In this document: in pieces, positions 37,265 to 50,458 of the stretch
Position numbering within the stretch: position 1 is the stretch's first letter
Layout of the letters: every line of letters begins with the position of its first letter
Assembly (NCBI RefSeq): GCF_006345805.1
Contig: NC_043006.1
Location: 22,692,001 to 22,756,000, forward strand
Direction: 5' to 3'
Length of the DNA stretch: 64,000 nt
Source: Octopus sinensis
Lineage: Eukaryota
Translations under genes and position numbers: made by a program
Notes under the pieces: model-generated
The model's database searches: none
The model's input: the letters and a program-made list of their open reading frames with translations, nothing else
Told to the model about the DNA's origin: nothing

Positions 37265-39249
37265 TTTTATGTGTGAGCATGTTTGTCACACACACACACA
37301 CACCACACACACAACATCATCACTTGACAACTGATGCTGGTGTGTTTATGTCACTGTAACTTGGTGGTTTGGCAAAAAAAGACCGATAGAATAAGTACTA
37401 GGCTTACAAAGAATAAATCATGGTGTCAATTTCTTTGACTAAAACCCTTTAAGGTGGTGCTCCACCATGGCTACAGTCAAATGACTGAAGCAAATATAAG
37501 AGTAAAAGAGTATACACACATGACAAGCTTCAATTCAAATACCACCTTTTATTCACACAACCTTTGTTGTCTCATGACTATTGCAGCATGCAATGGGATT
37601 GAACACAAAACCATGTGGTTGCAAAGTTAACTACTTAAACATATAGCCATACCTACACCTATAACATCATGATATTAAGTCGATTACATCGACCCCAGTG
37701 CGTATCTGGTACTTAATTTATCGACTCCAAGAGGATGAAAGGCAAAGTCGACCTCTGAGTTCAAATTCCGCCGAGGTCGACTTTGCTTTTCATCCTTTCG
37801 GGGTCGATAAATTAAGTGTCAGTTACGCACTGGGGTTGATGTAATCGACTTAATACCTTTGTCTGTCCTTGTTTGTCCCCTCTGTGTTTAGCCCCTTGTG
37901 GGTTACATCGACCCCAGTGCGTAACTGGTACTTAATTTATCGACCCCGAAAGGATGAAAGGCAAAGTCAACCTCTGAGTTCAAATTCCACCGAGGTCGAC
38001 TTTGCCTTTCATCCTTTCGGGGGTCGATAAATTAAGTACCAGTTACGCACTGGGGTCGATGTAATCGACTTAATCCCTTTGTCTGTCCTTGTTTGTCCCC
38101 TCTGTGTTTAGCCCCTTGTGGGTAGTAAAGAAATAGATACATGTTAATCAATATGAAATATAGCAGAATCATAACAATAGATTTAATGGAAAAGCTAATT
38201 CAGATAAGTTGCAACCACTTCCTCAATATATATATATATATATATGTATAAAAAATACAAACTGGGACAAGAACGCAAAACATTTTGAAGACGATACAAA
38301 AAACATGGACGGGACATTCGAAGCCTTCAATCTTCAGTCAAGAACCGGATCATCCTCGCAATTTCGGCTGATTAATCTTGAGATTGCTCCAATCTGGTTA
38401 GCCCCAAGGAAAAACTAAGCTAAGTGCATTAGATTCTTTGGAAGAAGGCTTTGAATGTATACAAAACAAGGACAGAAAAACGGACGATGTTACACGAATA
38501 TGAATACAAAAATAATATGTAAAAACAATAATAATAATACGTAAAAACAATAATGATAATAATAATAATATATATGTGTGTGTGCATATATCACCGTGAC
38601 CGATCAGGCTATCAGATATTGTTACATATCGCTAGTGACAATGCGCTTGACATTGTTTTAGCCTGCAAATGACGCCACCCTGCTGGCTAAGCAAGCAGGC
38701 CAACAGAAGAAAGAATGAGAGAAAGTTGTGGCAAAAGAGTACAGCAGGGATCGATGTATATTATATAGGAGTGTCAATGGAAAAGAGAAGGAAAGGAAGA
38801 AAGAGAAGAGAAATAAGAAAACCTGTGTTGATATCTTTGCAGTTGGTCAGTCCTTTTAATATAAAATGATTATTGGCTTTTAGAAATGGCAAACCCAGCT
38901 GGTCATTTCAAGGGGGGTAAAATGTTATTTTTCAAAAAATTGTCTGGATTTCTTTTTATCATTGTCTTGTGAGAGTGTGTGTGTGGGGGGGTGCCTGGGT
39001 ATCTGAAAGGAGTGTCAATGGAAAAGAGAAGGAAAGAAAGAATGAAGAAAGGAAGAAGAAATAATTGTGTTGACATCTATACCGATGTTTAGTTCTTTCA
39101 ATCCAATGTTTAATTCCTGTGCTGACATGGGTTGGAGAATCTGGATGAAAGATTGTTTTTATTTATGTATATGTACATATGTGTAGTACTGTGTGTGTGT
39201 GTGTGCGTGTGTGTTTAATACAATTTACTTTACAAAATTGGTCCTTCAT

Positions 39250-39850
39250 CTAGTACAAATTATTATAGAAATATTTTCAGCCATTCAATTTGGGAGAGAA
39301 TTTTGTTATGAAGTATTTTCCCATATTTTTCCTGAAGGAGGTGTCATTCTTTGGGCATTTTTAGAAGGGAAAGATCTTAAATTGTCCTTCTCCACATGTA
39401 TCTAGGTGTTTACTCAGTGGAATCTTTCGCAGTTCCTCCTGTTGGACATGTTGTCGGTGAATTCTGGCTCATTGGCATAAAGAATTTCCAGTTTCGCCTA
39501 TATAATTCTCCTTACATGTGGGGCAAGTTATGCAGTTCATTACATTCTGCGTCTTACAGTTCATGTCTGCATTTACTTTGAATATGTGGCCACTCTTAAA
39601 TTTTATTTGTTTGTCTCCCTCTATATATTTGTAGGTGGGGTTACTGCTCATCCCACATCTACCAACTCTGCATTCTTTTACAAAGAATTCGGTTTTAGTC
39701 GCTGATGAGAATTTTGCTCTTGTTAGTTGTTTCTTCAGATTTTTGTCTTGTCATTTACTGTTTTTTATGCAATATTCGTTTAATATGTTTCCCATTTTTG
39801 GGGCTTCTGCCACTGATTTTCTTGTCTTTATGGGGTCCTTTTATAAATAT
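39250..39850 (-). mobile_element. Degenerate Penelope-like fragment (GIY-YIG)
   Basis: ORF 39469-39651 CKTQNVMNCITCPTCKENYIGETG. Confidence 0.75.
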
Positions 39851-40042
39851 ATATATATATATATAAGTAGACAGTTCAAGTAGACATTGTTTGGTTTAAG
39901 TAATTTTGACCTATTGCCATCAAGCACCACCATATTACTAGTTTAAAATCTGATTGAGAAGCTATTCTAGAAAGTTCTACCCAAAATTCTGTCCTGAAAT
40001 CTATTCTAATTCTTATCTTTTCTACATGATAAAGAGTTATTC

Positions 40043-40051
<9 letters not shown>

Positions 40052-40112
<61 letters not shown>

Positions 40113-40115
40113 CTC

Positions 40116-40151
<36 letters not shown>
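40052..40151. repeat. (CT)n microsatellite
   Basis: Direct reading. Confidence 0.98.
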
Positions 40152-40152
<1 letters not shown>

Positions 40153-40266
40153 GATGAACTTCTTGTCTAAGGTCCTGTCATCTTTTTCCATCTTCCTAAA
40201 TACTTCGTAATGATGTTCAGTTTATATGACAATATTGAAAAGCTTGCCTAAATATTGTTTGTTTGA

Positions 40267-40419
<153 letters not shown>

Positions 40420-40563
40420 TAGACCTGTTTGTGCCTTCCAAATGCTGTTTTTACTGAGATCTCCCTTTTTAGTAGAAGAAATAGCTATAACCCTTTGACT
40501 GCTATTTCTAAATTCGGTATGTGGTAAGGCAACTCGTTGCTAAACCCTTATTGCTTAGTATTA

Positions 40564-40603
<40 letters not shown>

Positions 40604-40689
40604 CATACATATATATATAAATAATTTGGGAAAACAAATTTCTAAATCAATCAGGTGTAACCCTTCAGCATTATATGCATCTACATATC

Positions 40690-42800
40690 GTACTTTGGGG
40701 TCTTATTTATCGTATATTTTTATATATTTATCTATAAATATACAAACCATTCTCACAAATTTTTCAGGGCATCCTAGCTTTTTTAGGATCTCCCAAAGTG
40801 CAATTCTATTGATAGAATCAAATGCTTTTGTTAGGTCAATGAAAACTTGGTATAAGTCCATATCCTCTTCGATGCACTTCTCTTGCAACTGTCTAGCTGA
40901 AAATATCATATCCATAGTACCCTGACTATCCCTAAACCCACATTGCGATTCTGGTAGAACCTCATCAGCAATGTGCAGAAGCAATCTATCCAGCATTGCC
41001 CTACAGAAGACCTTTCCAGCAACAGCTAACAGACAGATGCTGTGATAATTATCACAGACATCCTTTCCACCTTTAGATTTATATAGTATCTCCATAGTTG
41101 CATCACACTAATCCGGAAGAACCTCTTCACTTTGCCAAACCCTCTGAATCACATCTGTCAACATTGCACAGAGATGATCACCACCATATTTATATATCCC
41201 TGCACCTAGTCCATCTATGCCAGGGGCCTTTCCATTGTTCAATTTCCTGATTGCTGCCTTTATTTCAGCCAGGTTTGGAACTTCTGCTATAAGATGTTTT
41301 AATGGTCTCTCGGGTATATTATCAAGAAAAGAGAGATCAACTTCAGTGGGTCTATTGAGCAACTCATCAAAATGTTCTTTCCATCTCCCAACAATATCTT
41401 TAGGATTTGTTAATAATTCTGTGCCATCCTTGCTCTGAAGTGGCACAACCTTTGATGAAACTGGTCCATAAACTTTTTTCAAGAGAGAGTAAAAAAGTTT
41501 GGAATTGTTAGCATTTGAAGCTTCTTGGCTTTCATCGCATCTATCACTCAATTTTTCTGCATCATCCATAGCTTCCTCGGCACTTGCTTTTTCAGCCTTG
41601 ATATATGTAGCCACTGTACTGTTCATTGACATGTCAACATTTTGCAACATGTTAAATGCCTTTCGTTTCTCCTCTAAGATAAGATTAACTTCTTCATCAT
41701 TATCGCCAAACCAATCTTGGTGTTTTTTTTACAACAAAGCCAAGAATGTTACTACAAATCTTGTACACTCTTTCTTTGAATGACTTCCATCACAGGACAA
41801 ATTATTTATCTCACTCACAAACTCATTGCGTACTGACGGAATCTTAAGCTTATTCACATCGATCTATTTAGGCAATTTGTCACTATTTGCTCTAACATTA
41901 GACTTGACAACAGGATTCACCTTGGCATGCAAAAGCCTATGATAAGTCCAGCACTCTGCACTACACACCACTCGTACAATAACCAAGTCCCTAATATCTC
42001 ATTTCCTGGTGAGGATGTAATCTGTAAGATGCTGTTTCTTAGAACCAGGGTGCATCCATGTCATTTTATAGTTATTCTTTAGTCGAAACATTGTATTCAT
42101 GACACACAAGTTCATTTCTACGCACATTTGTAACAGTAGCAAACCATTACTGTTGGAACTCTCAACCCCATGCTTTCCTAGGACACCCCAAATCTCCCAA
42201 TCGGCACCAACGGGAGCATTAAAATCACCCGAAATGACAACTTAGTCATCATGGGGGATATTGCGTATAATCTCTGTAAGTGATAGATAGAAGGCAAGTT
42301 TATCATCCTCTGATGAATTCTTAGTTGGAGCATATGCACTTATGAGTGTTGCATAGTGACCTTTTCTTAATGGAAGTCTTAAAGACATCAAACAATCCAA
42401 ATGACCACATGGTAGTTCCTCAAGTTTTGAAGCCAGGGTGGTTTTGATAGCAAATCCCACTGCTGATTCTCTCTTATAGGTCTTTTCTCTACCGCTCCAA
42501 AAGAAATGATATCCAGCAGATTATTCTATGAAATTCCCCTTTCCATGAATTCTTGTTTCAGCTAATGCTACAACATCCGTATCATACCGCTGTAACTCTT
42601 TTGCAACAAGCGCGGATTTTCTCTCTGGACGAGACTTCAAACAATCATTGTCTAACAACGTTCAAACATTCCAGCATCCTATATTCATAGGCTTGCATCT
42701 TAACTTAGATTTACTCACAGTTGCAGGACGATGACCGGATCCAGGGACACCTGCCAGGCCAGACCACAGAACAAAATGTTCCAGAGACCTTTTTGCCATT
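40690..42800 (-). mobile_element. Degenerate RTE (BovB-like) LINE: AP endonuclease + RT
   Basis: IGCWNV...RPERKSALVAKEL...AETR; GKAPGIDGL; CGFR...GTMDMIF...QEKC...FIDLTKAFDSINR; many stops. Confidence 0.9.
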
Positions 42801-43181
42801 TACTTCATTATCAATATGAACTTTTATTGTTTAGATGTACCTTATTAAGCTTCGGCCAGCCATGTACATACAAGATGTCCATTTCTTTGCTCTCTCCAGC
42901 AATACCTGCGCTTGACGTTTTTTAAAGTGAGGAAAAGTTTTGCAGAGCAACCATTCCCACTCTCTAAACTACAAAGCATGATCCAAAAAGAAGAGCAAAT
43001 CGACATCATTGGGTGCATTTGCAGTTGCAGGTTTATATCTGAGTGTCCTTCTCCTATTCTTTGCCCAACCAAAGGCTAACTACAAGAGATCAGTGAAGTA
43101 TTTAAATTCAGAGTTACTTTCTTGTAGATAGACTGCCTTCGCCATGGCTTGGAGAAATAGAGGAGCTCTATCCACCACTCA

Positions 43182-43976
43182 TCTTTATATATAAAACTAA
43201 AGTTGTGTGTCTGTCTCCTACGATTTAGATTCCTAACTACTCCCACATTTTGCGGTGCAGTTTAACCAAAACCAGGTATCTTATAGTCGTGATTCATATC
43301 GAGCCCTTCTGGGTATTAGCATGCGTCTACAATGAGTCTACGATTTTTAAAATAATTTACCATCATTTTTTCCATTTTAATGCATTTTTTCGCTATTATA
43401 TAAGGGAAGTAACTCTCTAAAAATGTCTACGATGAGTCAACGATTTAAAAAAAAATTTACCATCATTTTTTTTCCATTTTTAATGCATTTTTTGCTATAT
43501 TTTGGCTATAACTCTCTAAAAATGCTTATATAGTTATTTCCCTTACAAACCCGAGCAACGCCGGGCGATACTGCTAGTCTTTATATATAAAACTAAAGTT
43601 GTGTGTCTATCTCCTACGATTTAGATTCCTAACTACTCCCACATTTTGCGGTGCAGTGTAACCAAAAGCGGGTATCTTATAGTCGTGATTCATATCGAGC
43701 CCTTCTGGGTATTAGTGCGCATCTACAATGAGTCTATGATTTAAAAAAAAATTTACCATCATTTTTTCCCATTTTTTAATGCATTTTTTGCTATTATATA
43801 AGGGAAGTAACTCTCTAAAAATGTATTATTAAATCTCAGAACGTAAAAAGCTACAGTAACACCAACCCCCCTTTGTGGTTAGCCATATTGAGATGGCTAT
43901 TATACTTTACATCTCTAAAAATGCTTATATAGTTATTTCCCTTACAAACCCGAGCAACGCCGGGCGATACTGCGAG
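43182..43976 (+). mobile_element. Two head-to-tail non-autonomous Helitrons
   Basis: Copies 43182-43577 and 43578-43976; junction CTAG|TCTTTATATATAAAAC. Confidence 0.88.
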
Positions 43977-44794
43977 TCTATTTATAAAAAGAAATTCAGG
44001 TAAGAGAAATAAATACAAATTAAAAATTGGGATAAAAACTGAGTAAATTTTAAAATAAGATTGACATACAATATATACAATTTAAAAGCACAATATACAA
44101 TATGTACATACGCATGCTGAAACACAGTACTTTTCATACACATACACACAGAGCTTAAAATGCAATATATACAATATACACACACACAAACACACGTAGT
44201 TGAATGGCCATTGACCACTTTATAGTTCCTCCGCCCTTTGACGGGTCTCATTTTTTGTCTAGCAGGGTGTTCAACAAGCACCCACTTCACCAAGCAAGCC
44301 TGGCGGGGTTGCCAGTTTAGTCGCCGATGACCCGACCATGGAACAGGTTGTACTGGACTACATGTAGCACTGAAGAGCGACCTGACATACGAATATATAT
44401 ATATATATATATTAACAATTAAGGAACGGCCATAATAGGCCATTCACCCACTAGAAATAACAGCCAAAGCTTCTACCGCAAATAAAGATTAATTCCGTAA
44501 ACAGGAGAAAATTAAAAAAACATTTACCCTGTAATTTCTTGTACGGTATACCGTTTCATCCGCTGTTTAATGGTAAAACTAACCTGATTAAATAAATCAA
44601 GCCAATCTTCCATAAGCCCTCGGATTCTTCAGCAAGAAATAGCTCAAGTCGGAACAGATATTTACACGAGGCATACCCATCTTGCCAAGGTAATATCTGA
44701 CCTAAAATTTTCAAATCGTCGCACTCGCGCCAAATTTATCGGCAGCAAATAAATATCAGCCGTCGATTCCATTACGGAATTAACCAAAAAATTC

Positions 44795-44984
44795 ATAATT
44801 AATCAATATAGGGTGGCAAGGAAAATTTTGTAGAATTTTATTGCCACCAGCGGCCCAGTGGGAAAAAATTAAATAGTCATAGACCATTTTTAAGTTAAAA
44901 TGGTCTATGACTATTTAATTTTTTCCCACTGGGCCGCTGGTGGCAATAAAATTCTACAAAATTTTCCTTGCCACCCTATATTGA

Positions 44985-44992
<8 letters not shown>
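44795..44992. repeat. Perfect inverted repeat, 96-bp arms, 6-nt spacer
   Basis: 44795-44890 is the exact reverse complement of 44897-44992 (checked base by base). Confidence 0.97.
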
Positions 44993-45038
<46 letters not shown>

Positions 45039-45157
45039 ATATATATGTATATAAATATATATATATATATGTGTATATATATATATATGTATATGTATAT
45101 ATATATATGTATATGTATATATATGTATATGCATATATATATATATGTATATATATG

Positions 45158-45194
<37 letters not shown>

Positions 45195-45598
45195 ATGTAT
45201 ATCATCATCATCATCATCATCGTTTAACGTCCGTTCTCCATGCTAGCATGGGTTGGACGGTTCAACTGGGGTCTGGGAAGCCAGAAGGCTGCACCAGGCT
45301 CCAGTCTTATCTGGCAATGTTTCTACAGCTGGATGCCCTTCCTAACGCCAACCACTCCGTGAGTGTAGTGGGTGCTTTTTACGTGCCACCTGCACAGGTG
45401 CCAGGTGAGGCTGGAAACGGCCACGGTCGGATTGGTGTATTTTATGTGCCACCGGCACGGAAGCCAGTGGAGGCGGCGCTGGCATCGGCCACAAGTCGGA
45501 TAGTGCTTTATATATATATATGTATCATCATCATCATCATCATCGTTTGATACATATATATATATAATATATATATATATAAATATATATATATATTT

Positions 45599-45630
<32 letters not shown>

Positions 45631-46235
45631 TTACCCTATATATATATATTTATATACATACATACATATATATATATACACATGTATGTATGAGAAAGAG
45701 AATATAATCAATACATAATATATGGAACAAAATCGATACGTATCATAACTGAGTGCATAATCGATATGTAACATATGGGACAATCAGTAATGTAACAAGG
45801 TGTGTCACATTTAATAGGAATCATAATAGAGATGGCTATCCATGTGTAACATAACAGATAAGAATCGATATCAAGCGATGAATATGTAACTTAATATTAT
45901 GCAACATAATCAATAGGTAAACAGGATCTTATTCAAAATATAATGGAAAAAGCTCGCGGAGAAAAGTAATTAAAAACACACCTATAGAACAGGACTGAAT
46001 GATGCGGTTGATAAGGCAGATCAATAAGCAATATTAATGTAGGGGAATATATAATGGAAATATCTCGCAAGATCAGTTAAACTAATAGCCATAACCATCA
46101 GTGACAGGAAATAGTGAGTATATCGAGGTAAAAACATAACGTAGAGCTCTAAATACGGTGAAATGAGAACTGAATTCTGTTGACGAAAGAGATAAGAGGG
46201 TTGCAGTGATCCAACGCGAAAGGGTAAAAGACAGG

Positions 46236-46286
<51 letters not shown>

Positions 46287-46507
46287 ATATATACATATAT
46301 ATATAATTTTCTTAAAGTAGTGGAAATAGCTAAAAAAACTTTTTAGCTGCTATTTCTAAAAAGTTCAGTATGTGGCAAAGCAATTTATTTTACTAAGCCC
46401 TAATTATATAATGTAATATTTTGAATACGCCTTAAATGGTCCTTTTACATACTGAACACTACTTGGTGAAATTGATTAATAAATAATTAGTTTTACCCTC
46501 AATTATT

Positions 46508-46573
46508 GATATATATATATATATATTATATATATTATATATATATATATCTATATATATATATATATATATA

Positions 46574-46662
<89 letters not shown>

Positions 46663-46663
46663 A

Positions 46664-46705
<42 letters not shown>

Positions 46706-46712
46706 TATACAT
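46508..46712. repeat. Interrupted (TA)n microsatellite (also 44992-45200, 45550-45680, 46245-46305)
   Basis: Direct reading. Confidence 0.98.
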
Positions 46713-47260
46713 ACACACACACACACACATATTCGTTAATATTTTAATGCAATATTTTTCCTCCTTTGAATTTTATGAAATGGATAAATTGTGTTGCAAA
46801 TAAAGCCCAACATTGTCTCACGTATATACATGTAACGAGTACCGGCGACTCGATCCACATGAACCAAAAAGCAATCCTTCTTTCCCTTAGTGACTTTATA
46901 CCTAATTAACAAAAAAAAAAATCATCAACAACAATGTTTTCATTATTAATAAATATTATAACCATTATTATTATTACTACAGTAATAATGGGTTCGATTC
47001 CTATTTGTAGCCAGCCCAGTATACTTACTTACATCGTTAAAAAATCATGTCACTCCAATCTATTTCCTATTCCCTATAAATACAAGACAATGTGCCGAGT
47101 TAAGATCAATATAAGGCAGTGTGTCTAGACAGAAATCAATACAAAACATTGTGCCTTGTTAGTTACAAAATCAATAAAAAAAAACAAAAAAAAACTGAAA
47201 GCAAATTAAGACTATATATATAAAGTATGGGTTTATGAATGTTTCCATTAATAAACTAAC

Positions 47261-47387
47261 CATAGGAAATTACTCCATTTCGCAGTCTTATCGGGAAGTA
47301 ATTGCCTAAATAAACTCGTGACTCTGTGGAGCGGCCTGAGTTACTGCTGCTATCACTTCGGATATTTGTAAACTTCTTTGCCGCCAT
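47261..47387 (-). CDS. XRRA1: XRRA1-like exon 1 (MAAKKFTN...YLGNYFPIRL...)
   Basis: ATG in AAGATGGCGGC context, YLGNYFP resembles recalled XRRA1 YLNNCFP, donor GTTAGT, 127 nt phase 1. Confidence 0.85.
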
Positions 47388-47390
47388 CTT
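47380..47390 (-). promoter_or_regulatory. YY1-type motif overlapping the start codon
   Basis: AAGATGGCGGC on the minus strand. Confidence 0.5.
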
Positions 47391-47403
47391 GGTAGATATT
47401 GAC

Positions 47404-47417
47404 GTTGACATGGCAAC
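47404..47417. promoter_or_regulatory. RFX X-box upstream of the XRRA1 start codon
   Basis: GTTGACATGGCAAC (reverse GTTGCCATGTCAAC), one mismatch from the palindrome GTTGCCATGGCAAC, 17-30 nt upstream of the ATG. Confidence 0.7.
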
Positions 47418-48063
47418 TAGTAAACACAAGACCCCGGTTGTGTTGAAGCACAACAACGAAAAGATATTAATCGGTCGCTGTTGTTGTTGTTGTTGTTTGG
47501 TCTTAGGTCAGCCTGTACTTGACCGGAACTACATTCAAAGACATTTCCAGCTGTAAAACCACCCTGTCTGCTAGAAACAATGACGCACTACATTATTTCA
47601 GGTGTATGTTATGGTGCGTGATTTAGGCAGTGGAGGAGTGGATTTGGTCGTTATTTCTAGCGACAGCTGCTCCTCACACCCAACCCACACTCTTAAATCG
47701 TGTCACAGGTGTTGTAAGTTGACGTTGTAATGGCGGGGCCGGCGGTGGTGGTAGTGGTGGTAGAAATAACGGTGGTGATCTTTCGGTATAAGTGTAGGGG
47801 CAGTGAGAGTAATTGTTGTTCTTTTACTTGTTTCAGTGATTTGACTGCCGCCATGCTGGAGGGTTTTAATCGAATAAATCGACTCCAAGGCTTATTTCTT
47901 AAACCTAATACTTATTCCATCGTTCTATCGGTCTTTTTTGCCGAAGTGCTACGTTACGGAGACGTAAACACACCAACACCGGTTGTCAAACGGTGATGGG
48001 GGAGACCACACACAAATATATATATAGTGACCACTCTCTTATATATATATATATATATATATA

Positions 48064-49600
48064 CTAGCAGTATCGCCCAGCGTTGCTCGGGTTTGTAAGG
48101 GAAATAACTATATAAGCATTTTTAGAGAGTTACTTCCCTTATAGATGCCAATTCGGGCTTTCTTAGCCATTTCTGTTTTGGTGTCTTCAAGCCATGAAGT
48201 CGTTGTTCTAAAAGAACGCTGGTCTCCTTGACAACGCATTACGACGTTGATTTCCTTACACTCCCTTCCCCACAGCTTCACGAGGGAGGGAAGAAGGGGG
48301 AGAAGCAAACAGGTGCAGGTGTGACCATGGACGCCAACTCCGCCGCCATCGACACACGAAAAATTATGCATTAAAATGGAATAAAAAATGATGTTAAATT
48401 ATTTTAAAAATCGTAGACTCATCGTAGACGCGCGCTAATAGCCAGACAGGCTCGATATGAAACACGACTATAAGATACCCGAATTTGGTTAAACTGCACC
48501 GCAAAATGTGGGAGGAGTTAGGAATCTAAATCGTAGGAGACAGACACTCACACAACTACAGTTTTATATATATACTAGCAGTATCGCCCGGCGTTGCTCG
48601 GGTTTGTAAGGGAAATAACTATATAAGCATTTTTAGAGAGTTACTTCCCTTATAAATTCGGGCTTTCTTAGCCATTTTTGTTTTGGTGTCTTCAAGCCAT
48701 GAAGTCGTTGTTCTAAAAGAACGCTGGTTTCCTTCACAACGCATTACGACGTTGATTTCTTTACACTCCCTTCCCCACAGCTTCACGAGGGAGGGAAGGG
48801 GGAGAAGCAAACAGGTGCAGCTGTGAGCGTGGACGCCAACTCCGCCGCCATCGACACACGATGCATTTTATGCATTAAAATGGAATAAAAAATGATGTTA
48901 AATTATTTTTAAAATCGTAGACTCATCGTAGACGCGCGCTAATACTCAGACGGGCTCGATATGAATCACGACTATAAGATACCCGAATTTGGTTAAACTG
49001 CACCGCAAAATGTGGGAGGAGTTAGGAATCTAAATCGAAGGGGACAGACACTCACACAACTAGAGTTTTATATATATAGATATATATACTAGCAGTATCG
49101 CCCGGCGTTGCTCGGGTTTGTAAGGGAAATAACTATATTAGCATTTTTAGAGAGTTACTTCCCTTATAGATGCCAATTCGGGCTTTCTTTGCCATTTCTG
49201 TTTTGGTGTCTTCAAGCCATGAAGTCGTTGTTCTAAAAGAACGCTGGTCTCCTTGACAACGCATTACGACGTTGATTTCTTTACACTCCCTTCCCCACAG
49301 CTTCACGAGGGAGGGAAGGGGGAGAAGCAAACAGGTGCAGCTGTGAGCATGGACGCCAACTCCGCCGCCATTGACACACGATGCATTTTATGCATTAAAA
49401 TGGAATAAAAAATGATGTTAAATTATTTTTAAAATCGTAGACTCATCGTTGACGCGCGCTAATAGCCAGACGGGCTCGATATGAATCACGACTATAAGAT
49501 ACCCGAATTTGGTTAAACTGCACCGCAAAATGTGGGAGGAGTTAGGAATCTAAATCGAAGGGGACAGACACTCACACAACTAGAGTTTTATATATATATA
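48064..49600 (-). mobile_element. Three tandem non-autonomous Helitrons with ~230-bp internal cargo
   Basis: CTAG 3' ends at 48064, 48575 and 49089; 5' (TC)TATATATAAAAC ends; separated only by (TA)n. Confidence 0.88.
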
Positions 49601-50227
49601 TATATATATATATACAAGCTTCTTTCAGTTTCCGTTTACCAAATCCACTCACAAGGCTTTGGTCGGCCGAAGGCTATAGGAGAAGACACTTGCCCAAGAT
49701 GCTACGCAGTGGGTCTGAACCCGGAACCATGTGGTTGGAAAGCAAGCTTCTTATCACACAACAACGCCAACGCCTGCGCATTATTTATAATTTGTGAAGC
49801 TGATTGAACAAACCTATGATCAGATTTTCCAGCCTTGACCACTCATCTTATTTTTTCCATCATATATTACTGTGTCCAATATACAGCTTTTATTATTATT
49901 ATTTCTTATTTATTTTTTGAGACAACCTTATGGTTGTGATTTAAGAAAGAGGTAGCTGTTATTTCTAGAGCCACATAGAGGCCGCCTCGTTGACTGATAC
50001 GTGGATATCGGTGGAGCTGTGGAGAGTGGAAGTGAGGTTGTTGGACATTTTTTTTTTTATTCCTCATAACCTCGCCTAAATGTTACAGCAATGAACGAGC
50101 AGTGAACCAACAGATGGAACTGACCACTGAGTTACAGCAACAACCTGTACATGGAGAACACTTGGACCACTGGCCGCGCTTCTCTGAGCTCAGATCTGGT
50201 TTAGAGGAAAAGTCCAGCAGCACCCAA

Positions 50228-50458
50228 GGCAACGAGCTGGCAGAAACGTTAGCACGCCGGGTGATATGCGTAGCCGTATTTCGTCCGCCGTTACGTTCCG
50301 AGTTCAAATTCCGCCGAGATCGACTTTGCCTTTCATCCTTTCGGGGTCGATAAACTAAGTACCAGTTACGCGCTGGGTCGATGTAATCAACTTAATCTCA
50401 TTGTCTGCCCTTTGTTTGTCCCATCTGTGTTTAGCCCCTTGTGGGTAGTAAAGAAATA
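50228..50458 (+). mobile_element. SINE family B (GGCGAGCTGGCAGAAACGTTAGC head, B box GAGTTCAAATTCC, GCCTTTCATCCTTTCGGGGTCGATAAA core); representative of tail type B2
   Basis: More than 20 copies, e.g. 14335-14800, 17836-18045, 22135-24810 (cluster), 26455-26680, 28740-29228, 33035-33440, 37675-38135, 51938-52700, 53650-53963, 61692-61923. Two tails: B1 ...GTGCCTATAGTAGAAAGG(ATT)n and B2 ...GCCCCTTGTGGGTAGTAAAGAAATA. Confidence 0.9.

Noticed and set aside
47388-47456. Longer N-terminus of exon 1 from upstream TTG/ATG
   Set aside because: The ATG at 47387 has the typical context, and the extension overlaps the X-box region.
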